Assembly: GCA_044224715.1 (NCBI GenBank)
Contig: JBGAJV010000017.1
Coordinates: 14,415 to 78,414 of the forward strand
Source of the DNA: Anaerolineales bacterium
GTDB lineage: Bacteria; Chloroflexota; Anaerolineae; Anaerolineales; UBA6663
Direction: 5' to 3'
DNA length: 64,000 nt
This document shows, piece by piece, positions 19,943 to 27,095 of this stretch. The notes under the pieces are model-generated. The model searched no databases. It was given only the letters and a program-made list of their open reading frames with translations, and was not told the DNA's origin. Each line of letters starts with the position of its first letter. The stretch's first letter is position 1. The translations under genes and the position numbers were made by a program.

Positions 19943-19967
19943 GACCTGTCAGGTGGTCTCGGTTGGA
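19943..19967 (+). promoter_or_regulatory. Partial third copy of the GACCTGNCAGGTC / GGTTAGA element
   Basis: GACCTGTCAGGTggtctcGGTTgGA compared with GACCTGTCAGGTCgaaGGTTAGA at 21605-21627. Confidence 0.5.
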
Positions 19968-20033
19968 TTAACGTAAGGACGTCGGTCGATTCGGATATAG
20001 TGAGTCCGATTTGTGGCGAACGCGAGGTGCGAC

Positions 20034-21452
20034 TCAATCGCCGGGTGGCAGACCGATCTGGCGGGCGAGGTGCGCGACCCCTTTGACGATGAGCGCCTCT
20101 GGCAGATGCCCAAAGCCAAGCAGAATCCCGGCGCGAGGTCGTTTGCGATCGATGAAGCACTGGCTGGCCGGGTAGAGCCCGACGCCGACCGCCGACGCTT
20201 GAGCCAGCAACTCGGCCTCGGACAGGCCAAGATCGAACTCGGCGAGCACGTGCATGCCGGCCGCGACGCCGGCGATCCGCACGCGATCGCCGAAGTGATG
20301 CACCAGCGCGGCGAGCAGGGCTTCCCGCCGGCGCTTGTACGTTGCGCGCATCTTGCGGATGTGGCGCTCGAAGACGCCGGTCTCGAGCCAGTCGGCCAGC
20401 GCCAGTTGCTCTAGCACCGGCGTGCAGCGATCCGAGAACCACTTGAGTTCGAGCACGCGCTCCACCAGACGTTCCGGCACGATGCCGTATCCGAGCCGCA
20501 GCCCGGGGAACAGCGTTTTGGAGAACGAGCCCAGATACGCGACGTGCTCGGAGTTGTCGAGCGCCGCCAGGGCCACGGGCGGCGCCTGATCGAAGCGGAA
20601 CTCGCTGTCGTAGTCGTCCTCGAGGATCATGGCGTCGTGGCGCTCGGCCCAACGCAACAGCTCCAACCGGCGCTCGAGCCGCAACGCTGCGCCGGTCGGG
20701 TACTGGTGCGACGGGATGACGTGCACGATCTGCGGCGCGGCGCGACCTGATGGGAGCCTGTCGACACGCATCCCGTGTGCGTCGACGGGGATCGGATGGA
20801 GCCGCAGGCCGTGAAGCCGCGCCAGTCTGCGCACCGGCTCTGGGCCCGGGTCCTCGAGCGCCATCCCGCGCACCGGCGCGAGCGCCCGCAGCATCAGGTC
20901 CATCGCCTGGGCCGTGCCGAGCGTCACCACGACGCGCGCCGGCTCGACGCGCAGGCCGCGGGTGCGGGCGACGTACTCGGCGATCAGGCGGCGCAACTGG
21001 GGCAGGCCTTCCACCGGGCCATAGCCGAGTTGGTCGGGTCGGGCGGTCAACGCGGCGCGCGACAACGCGGCGCGCCACAACCGGCGCGGGAAGAGGTCGA
21101 GCGCGGGCAACCCGGGGCGAAAGTCGAACCGCGGCGGGCGGGCGGGCAGCACGTCGGTGCGCCGCGGCGGATCGTCGATCCGCACGGTGGTCTGCCCCGC
21201 GACGCTCAGCCCGGCGAGCACGTATGTGCCGCTGCCGGGCCGTCCCTCGGCATACCCCTCGGCGATCAACCAGTCATAGGCTTCGACAACCACAAGGCGA
21301 GAGACGCCCAACCGGGTCGCGAGGTCGCGCGTGGCAGGCAGACGCGTGCCGGGCTGCAGGCGCTGGGCCATGATCGCGTCACGGACCGCGTGGGCGATCT
21401 GACTGGCCAGTGGAACCCGGCGGCTCCGGTCGAGCGTGACGTGGATCTCCAT
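20034..21452 (-). CDS. MocR/PdxR-type transcriptional regulator (GntR wHTH fused to a PLP aminotransferase-fold domain)
   Basis: 472 aa with N-terminal HTH LPATRDLATRLGVSRLVVVEAYDWLIAEGY and the aminotransferase-fold PLP-lysine motif LGSFSKTLFPGLRLGY. Confidence 0.9.
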   Translation of the reverse strand: MEIHVTLDRSRRVPLASQIAHAVRDAIMAQRLQPGTRLPATRDLATRLGVSRLVVVEAYDWLIAEGYAEGRPGSGTYVLAGLSVAGQTTVRIDDPPRRTDVLPARPPRFDFRPGLPALDLFPRRLWRAALSRAALTARPDQLGYGPVEGLPQLRRLIAEYVARTRGLRVEPARVVVTLGTAQAMDLMLRALAPVRGMALEDPGPEPVRRLARLHGLRLHPIPVDAHGMRVDRLPSGRAAPQIVHVIPSHQYPTGAALRLERRLELLRWAERHDAMILEDDYDSEFRFDQAPPVALAALDNSEHVAYLGSFSKTLFPGLRLGYGIVPERLVERVLELKWFSDRCTPVLEQLALADWLETGVFERHIRKMRATYKRRREALLAALVHHFGDRVRIAGVAAGMHVLAEFDLGLSEAELLAQASAVGVGLYPASQCFIDRKRPRAGILLGFGHLPEALIVKGVAHLARQIGLPPGD

Positions 21453-21533
21453 AAGTGGTCTATTTTAGCGAAACGATTGTGGAGCTTGAGTGTACCACTT
21501 GGATCGCGTAGGCTGAGTGTGAACGACTGGGTC

Positions 21534-21627
21534 GGTTAGAAAAAACGGTCCCAATCCGTTCCGCCGGATTCTGGAAGGCCTTTGTTTTCCGAGAATCACG
21601 GGTGGACCTGTCAGGTCGAAGGTTAGA
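21534..21627 (+). promoter_or_regulatory. Conserved 94-nt element, copy A (GGTTAGA...87 nt...GGTTAGA with palindrome GACCTGTCAGGTC at 21605-21617)
   Basis: Ungapped alignment to 57895-57988 gives 62/94 identities by my count, with identical ends. Function unknown. Confidence 0.7.
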
Positions 21628-21643
21628 CACGCGGAGGCGCCAG

Positions 21644-23026
21644 ATGACATTTCAACCCGTCACGCAGTTCGAGCCGTTTCGGATCAAGAGCATCGAGCCG
21701 CTCGGACAGACGACGCCGGCCGAACGCCGGGCCGCGCTTGCCCGTTCCGGACTCAACGTCTTTCAACTGCGCGCCGACGAGGTGCTGATCGACCTGTTGA
21801 CCGACTCGGGCACGGGCGCCATGAGCGCCGCGCAATGGGGCGCGATGATGGTGGGCGACGAGTCGTACGCCGGCAGCCGCTCATTCTTCAAGCTCGAGGC
21901 CCAGGTCCGCAAGATCACGGGCTATCGTCACGTCCTGCCCACGCATCAGGGGCGGGCGGCCGAACACATCCTCTTCAGTGCCGTGCTGGCGCCGGGCGCG
22001 ATCGTGCCGAGCAACACGCACTTCGACACCACCCGCGCCAACCTGCAACTCACCGGCGTCGAGGCCCGCGATCTGTTGATCGCCCAGGGCCGACAGCCGA
22101 TGTGCGAGCATCCGTTCAAGGGCAACCTCGACGTCGATCGTCTCGAGGCCCTGATCGCCGAGGTCGGCCGCGAGCGGATCCCGCTGGTGATGCTGACGGT
22201 CACCAACAACGGCGGCGGCGGTCAGCCCGTGTCGATGGGCAACCTGCGCGCCGTGAGCGCGGTATGCCGCCGGCACGACATCCCGTTCTTCCTCGACGCC
22301 TGTCGGTTCGCGGAGAACGCGATGTTCATCAAGCTGCGCGAGCCCGGCTACGCGGATAAGACCCCGCTCGAGATCGCCCAGGAGATGTTCGCATTGGCCG
22401 ACGGCTGTACGATGAGCGCCAAGAAGGACGGCATGGTCAACATCGGCGGCTTTCTGGCGCTCAACGACGGCGGCTGGGCCGAGCGCTGCCGCAACCGCAT
22501 GATCCCGATCGAAGGCTTCCCGACCTATGGTGGTCTGGCCGGCTACGACATGGAGGCGTTGGCCGTCGGGCTCGAGGAAGTGCTCGATCCACGGTATCTG
22601 CTGTACCGGTTGGATCAGGCCGCTTACCTTGGCGAGCGCCTCCTGGCGGCGGGTGTGCCGATCGTGCGCCCGACCGGCGGTCATGCGGTCTTCGTCGATG
22701 CCGGCGCGCTGCTCGACCATCTCCCCTGGCATGTCTTTCCGGGCGCGGCGCTGAGCGCGCATCTGTACGAGGTCTCGGGCGTACGCAGTTGCGAAATCGG
22801 CAGCCTGCTCTTCGGGCTCAAGGACGCCGACGGTCACGACGCGCCGGCGCCCAACGAGCTGCTGCGTCTCGCCATCCCGCGGCGTATGTACACGCGCGCC
22901 CATCTCGATTATGTGGCCGAGGCCGTGGTTTACTGCGCCGAGCACAGACACGAGATCCGTGGTCTGCGCTTCACGTACGAGGCGCCGGTGCTGCGTCACT
23001 TCACGGCGCGATTTGCGTGGGCGTGA
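21644..23026 (+). CDS. Beta-eliminating lyase: tyrosine phenol-lyase / tryptophanase family
   Basis: Start set at MTFQPVTQFEPFRIKSIEPL (family-typical N-terminus). PLP-lysine motif MSAKKDGMVNIGGF. 460 aa. Confidence 0.92.
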   Translation: MTFQPVTQFEPFRIKSIEPLGQTTPAERRAALARSGLNVFQLRADEVLIDLLTDSGTGAMSAAQWGAMMVGDESYAGSRSFFKLEAQVRKITGYRHVLPTHQGRAAEHILFSAVLAPGAIVPSNTHFDTTRANLQLTGVEARDLLIAQGRQPMCEHPFKGNLDVDRLEALIAEVGRERIPLVMLTVTNNGGGGQPVSMGNLRAVSAVCRRHDIPFFLDACRFAENAMFIKLREPGYADKTPLEIAQEMFALADGCTMSAKKDGMVNIGGFLALNDGGWAERCRNRMIPIEGFPTYGGLAGYDMEALAVGLEEVLDPRYLLYRLDQAAYLGERLLAAGVPIVRPTGGHAVFVDAGALLDHLPWHVFPGAALSAHLYEVSGVRSCEIGSLLFGLKDADGHDAPAPNELLRLAIPRRMYTRAHLDYVAEAVVYCAEHRHEIRGLRFTYEAPVLRHFTARFAWA

Positions 23027-23078
23027 GCCGAGGAGCGGGCGGCGTTGAACGTGGAGCGCGCAGCGTTCGCGGCACGCT

Positions 23079-23699
23079 CTACACCCCACGAACCAGGGCC
23101 AGCACGCCAAAGCCGATGATGATAAGGCCGGAGAGGCGGTTGACCCACACGAGCGCCGCGACGTTCAGACGCCCCCGCAGCCAGTTGGTGACGGTGCTGA
23201 GCACGAGCCACCAGGCCGCGGATCCGATGAACACGCCGGCCACGACCACGACGGCGGCCACGGCGCTTCCGGCGGTCATGTCCGCGTTGAGGCCGGCGAA
23301 GATCACGGCGAAGGCCAGGATGGTGGCCGGGTTGGTCAGCGTAAGCCCCAGCGCCGAAACGTAGGCCCCCGCCAGGCCCAGCGCTGTCTGCTCAGGCGCG
23401 TCCTCGAGCGCTGCGGGCCGCGCCATGAACGTTCGCACCCCCAGATAGCAGAGAAACCCGCCGCCGATCAGGCCCAGCCACCCGGATTGGGCCGTGAGCA
23501 ACGTCGTCAGCGAGGTCAGCCCCAGGGCGCCGATCAGGCCGTAGAACGCATCGGCCGTGGCCGTGCCCAGGCCCGAGACGAAGCCGGTCAGCCGCCCATG
23601 CGCCAGCGTGCGTCGGATCGTCAACACCCCGATCGGCCCGACCGGGGCCGCCAGCGAGAATCCGATCACGACACCGCGCGCGAAGAGCCAGAAATCCAT
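23079..23699 (-). CDS. LysE/RhtB-family amino-acid exporter
   Basis: Start trimmed to MDFWLFARGVVIGFSLAAPVGPIGVLTIRRTL (typical LysE N-terminus). 206 aa with six hydrophobic segments. Confidence 0.85.
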   Translation of the reverse strand: MDFWLFARGVVIGFSLAAPVGPIGVLTIRRTLAHGRLTGFVSGLGTATADAFYGLIGALGLTSLTTLLTAQSGWLGLIGGGFLCYLGVRTFMARPAALEDAPEQTALGLAGAYVSALGLTLTNPATILAFAVIFAGLNADMTAGSAVAAVVVVAGVFIGSAAWWLVLSTVTNWLRGRLNVAALVWVNRLSGLIIIGFGVLALVRGV

Positions 23700-23765
23700 G
23701 CCGTCATGGTATGCGATCCGGGCGACCGGCCCAATAGTCGATGGCAACCTTTTTCAACGCGACAC

Positions 23766-23779
23766 TTTACAATTGTAAA
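23766..23779. promoter_or_regulatory. Perfect 14-bp AT-rich palindrome TTTACAATTGTAAA in the lysE-like / lrp-like divergent region
   Basis: Read directly from the sequence. It lies 17 nt upstream of the lrp-like ATG and is the only AT-rich stretch in this intergenic region. Confidence 0.5.
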
Positions 23780-23795
23780 CATCCGGAGGCACTCG

Positions 23796-24257
23796 ATGGA
23801 CCCGCTCAATTGGAAGATCCTGCAACTCTTGCAAGACGATGGTCGTATGTCGATGCGCGAATTGGGCCGGCGCGTCCATCTGTCGACGCCGGCGGTGAGC
23901 GAACGTGTTCGCCGGATGGAAGCCGCCGGGATCATCACCGGCTACCGGGCCGAGGTCGACATGACCCGGCTGGGCAGGCCGGTGCAGGCGTTCATCGATT
24001 TTCGAGTGTCCAATCGCGAGAAACCGGCGGCGCTCAAGGCGATCCGGGCCATGCCCGACATCGTGGCCTGCTACCATGTGGCCGGCGAGGTCGCCTTGAT
24101 CCTGGTCGTGCAGGCCGCGACGGTTGCCCGCCTCGAGGACATTGCCACGACCCTCGGCCGGCACGGCGACACCGTCACGCACATCGTGCTGTCGACCACG
24201 TTCGCGGATGGGGCGCGATCGGGCCCTGACCCCCGCCGCGTGACGAACGACGGCTGA
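23796..24257 (+). CDS. Lrp/AsnC-family transcriptional regulator
   Basis: Start MDPLNWKILQLLQDDGRMSMRELGRRVHLSTPAVSERVRRME, preceded by GGAGG (23785-23789). 153 aa. Confidence 0.9.
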   Translation: MDPLNWKILQLLQDDGRMSMRELGRRVHLSTPAVSERVRRMEAAGIITGYRAEVDMTRLGRPVQAFIDFRVSNREKPAALKAIRAMPDIVACYHVAGEVALILVVQAATVARLEDIATTLGRHGDTVTHIVLSTTFADGARSGPDPRRVTNDG

Positions 24258-24641
24258 CGGCGTCACAAGTCACGCGCACTGGCATGCACGACGTGATCGG
24301 GTCGGCGAACCCGGGTCGTCGGGAAGCGCCAACGCCGGATGAAGCGGATCAGCGTCCGAGCGCCGCAGCGCACATCCGATGGCCGATTGCGGCGCGGCCG
24401 AGGTAGCGCGTGGCGGTCGCGTCCATCGTCGGCTGTGTCTGGCATCCATCCGTATCGTCCGCCAAAACGTTGCCGCATCCGTCGTCTGTACCGTCGCGCT
24501 TTCGACGGCCCGCGTGATCGGCGCGCCCGATCGGGCCGTGATCCAGAAGCGCCTGACAACGCGTGCGTGAGCCCATGCACGCGGCGGCGTCTGTCGGTGG
24601 CGGTCGATGCTATGATCTTTCGAAACCGCAGGAGGCCACAC

Positions 24642-25634
24642 ATGAAAGCCCTTTTCATCGGCGGCACGGGCGCCATCAGCACCGCGGTCAGCCGGCTCGC
24701 GCTTGCCCGCGGCATCGAGCTGGCGCATCTCAATCGCGGGCAGCGCGGCGCCGACCTGCCCGGCGTGCGGCAGATTACGGCCGACGTGCATGATCGCGCC
24801 GCCGTCGAGTCGGCGCTGGCCGGCGAGCGCTTCGACGTCGTCGTCGACTGGATCGCCTACACGCCCGAGGACATCGAGCGCGATCTGGCGCTGTTCAGCG
24901 GCAAGGCCGGCCAGTTCGTGTTCATCAGTTCGGCGTCGGCCTATCAGAAGCCGCCGGCGCACTACCTGATCACCGAGTCGACGCCGCTCTACAATCCGTT
25001 CTGGACGTACTCACAGAACAAGATCGCGTGCGAACTGCGCCTCGAACAGGCCTATCGTGAGACGGGCTTCCCGATCACGATCGTGCGTCCGTCGTTGACG
25101 TACGAGAACGCCTTCCCGGTCGCGTTGGGCGGCCGCGGATGCTTCACGCTGGCCGATCGCATCCGCCGCGGCGCGCCCGTGATCGTGCACGGCGACGGCG
25201 CCTCGCTTTGGGTCGTCACCCACTCCGACGACTTCGCCAGGGGTTTTGTCGGGCTACTCGGCCATTCGCAGGCGATCGGCCACGCTTTCCACATCACCAC
25301 CGACGAAGTGCTGACCTGGGACCAGATCTACCGCACCATCGGCGCCGCGCTTGGGGCCGAGCCCCGGATCGTGCACATCGCCTCGGAGTTCATCGCCCAG
25401 GTCGCGCCTGAACGCGCGGGCGGGCTTCTTGGCGACAAAGCGTGGAGCGTGGTGTTCGACAACACCAAGATCAAGACCTTCGTGCCTGGGTATCAAGCCG
25501 TCGTCCCGCTGCGCGAGGGTGTCCGGCGCACGTTGGCCTGGTTCGAGGCCGACCCGGCCCGGATGCGCATCGATCCGGCCGTCAACGTCGAGCTGGATCG
25601 GATCCTGGCCGCTTACGGCGCGTTGGGCGCCTGA
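24642..25634 (+). CDS. NAD-dependent epimerase/dehydratase (extended SDR)
   Basis: Start MKALFIGGTGAIS (Rossmann GxxGxxG), preceded by GGAGG (24631-24635). 330 aa. Confidence 0.85.
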   Translation: MKALFIGGTGAISTAVSRLALARGIELAHLNRGQRGADLPGVRQITADVHDRAAVESALAGERFDVVVDWIAYTPEDIERDLALFSGKAGQFVFISSASAYQKPPAHYLITESTPLYNPFWTYSQNKIACELRLEQAYRETGFPITIVRPSLTYENAFPVALGGRGCFTLADRIRRGAPVIVHGDGASLWVVTHSDDFARGFVGLLGHSQAIGHAFHITTDEVLTWDQIYRTIGAALGAEPRIVHIASEFIAQVAPERAGGLLGDKAWSVVFDNTKIKTFVPGYQAVVPLREGVRRTLAWFEADPARMRIDPAVNVELDRILAAYGALGA

Positions 25635-25646
25635 GCGGGCGCGGCG

Positions 25647-26297
25647 ATGAACACCGAAGCGCAGCCGTCTGATGTGCGCACCTCCTATGACCGCGTGGCC
25701 GACGAATACGCGCGTCGAATCTATGCCGAGCTGAGCGACAAACCGTTTGATCGCGAGGTCCTCGATCGGTTCGCCGAGGCCCTGCGCGGTCGCGGTCTGG
25801 TGTGCGATCTGGGCTGCGGCCCTGGGCAGATCGCGCGGTACCTGGCCGATCGCGGGTTGCCGGTCGTCGGCGTCGATCTCTCGGCGGGCATGGTGGCGCA
25901 GGCCCGTCGCCTCAATCCGGACCTGACGTTCGAGCAGGGCGATATGCGCCACCTGAGCGCGGTGCACGACGGGGCCTGGGCCGGCATCGCCGCGTTCTAT
26001 TCGATCATCCATGTGCCGCGCGCTGGAGTGACCGAGGCCCTGATCGAGTTGCGCCGCGTCCTGCGGCCCGGCGGGTTGCTGCTCCTGGCCTTTCACCTCG
26101 GAGATGAGGTGGTGCACCTCGATACGTGGTGGGAGCGCCCGGTCTCGGCGGATTTCGTGTTCTTTCAGTCAGCCGAGATGACGCGCTATCTGACCGATGC
26201 CGGCTTCGAGATCGAGGCCGTACGCGAGCGTGACCCGTATCCGGAGGTCGAGCACCAAAGTCGACGCGCGTATCTTTTGGCGCACAAACCAGGCTGA
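25647..26297 (+). CDS. Class I SAM-dependent methyltransferase
   Basis: 216 aa with motif I VCDLGCGPGQ and motif post-I VGVDLS. Confidence 0.85.
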   Translation: MNTEAQPSDVRTSYDRVADEYARRIYAELSDKPFDREVLDRFAEALRGRGLVCDLGCGPGQIARYLADRGLPVVGVDLSAGMVAQARRLNPDLTFEQGDMRHLSAVHDGAWAGIAAFYSIIHVPRAGVTEALIELRRVLRPGGLLLLAFHLGDEVVHLDTWWERPVSADFVFFQSAEMTRYLTDAGFEIEAVRERDPYPEVEHQSRRAYLLAHKPG

Positions 26298-26347
26298 GCC
26301 ATCAGCTGACGCCAACTGAGCAGCCGATCGAGGGGATTGGGGGATCT

Positions 26348-27043
26348 ATGCCGCAAACACCGCATATCGAAAAACACTTCACCGCGTCGGAGTCGGTGCG
26401 CGACGTCGTGATCGGCATGTCCGACGGCCTGACCGTGCCGTTCGCGCTGGCCGCCGGGCTTTCGGGCGCGGTGGGCGTCAGCAGCGTCATCGTCACGGCG
26501 GGCCTGGCCGAGATCGCGGCCGGCTCGATCGCGATGGGCCTGGGCGGTTACATGGCCGCGCGCAGCGACGCCGAGCACTACGCCAGCGAGAGGCGCCGCG
26601 AAGAAGACGAGATCGTCACCAAGCCCGATGCCGAGAAGAAAGAAGTGGCCGACATCCTGCAAGGCTATGGGCTTACGGAAGCCGAGGCGAAGCCGATCGT
26701 GGCGGCGCTCAGCCAGCGGCCGCAAGCCTACGTCGACTTCATGATGCGGTTCGAGCTCGGTCTCGAAGCGCCCGAACCCAAACGGGCGCTGCGCAGCGCG
26801 CTGACCATCGCGGGCGCCTACATCCTCGGCGGCCTGATCCCGTTGATCCCGTACATGGTGATCGCCTCGCCGCAGACCGGGCTGGTGGTCTCGGCCGTGG
26901 TCACGTTGATCGCCCTGGCCGTGTTCGGCTACATCAAGGGGCGCTTCACGGGCACGCCGCCTCTCCGCAGCGGTCTGCAGACGGCGCTGATCGGCGGCAT
27001 CGCGGCAGCGGTTGCCTTCGTGATCGCGCGCCTGATCGCTTGA
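26348..27043 (+). CDS. VIT1/CCC1-family iron/manganese transporter
   Basis: 231 aa with VVIGMSDGLTVPFALAAGLSGA, an acidic cytoplasmic helix region and C-terminal TM helices. Confidence 0.85.
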   Translation: MPQTPHIEKHFTASESVRDVVIGMSDGLTVPFALAAGLSGAVGVSSVIVTAGLAEIAAGSIAMGLGGYMAARSDAEHYASERRREEDEIVTKPDAEKKEVADILQGYGLTEAEAKPIVAALSQRPQAYVDFMMRFELGLEAPEPKRALRSALTIAGAYILGGLIPLIPYMVIASPQTGLVVSAVVTLIALAVFGYIKGRFTGTPPLRSGLQTALIGGIAAAVAFVIARLIA

Positions 27044-27095
27044 CGATCAGGCGTGATCGCTTGACGATCAGGCATGATCGCTTGACGATCACGCC
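27033..27095. repeat. 21-bp tandem repeat x3 (TGATCGCTTGACGATCAGGCG-like) filling the gap between convergent genes
   Basis: Units at 27033-27053, 27054-27074 and 27075-27095. Each contains the hairpin TGATCG-cttga-CGATCA. Includes the stop codons of both flanking genes. Confidence 0.95.

Noticed and set aside
19795-21078. 427-aa minus-strand ORF, and other Arg/Pro-rich ORFs such as 39569-41128, 6903-7583, 30534-31086 and 33361-34134
   Set aside because: They are alternative frames of real genes or intergenic GC-rich sequence. Extreme Arg/Pro/Ala bias and the absence of any recognisable fold signature argue against coding.
21602-21643. N-terminal extension MDLSGRRLDTRRRQ on the lyase (GTG 21602), and the matching MDLTGRRLE on the GNAT
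   Set aside because: Lyase-family homology starts at MTFQPVTQFEPFRIK. The shared segment is conserved at the nucleotide level, wobble positions included, between unrelated genes, so I treat it as a non-coding signal. This is kept as an open alternative in the findings.
24263-24962. Minus-strand ORFs of 156 and 230 aa inside the 24258-24641 gap and the epimerase gene
   Set aside because: They are Arg/Ala/Pro-rich shadow frames with no motifs, and the 230-aa ORF is antisense to the well-supported epimerase gene.
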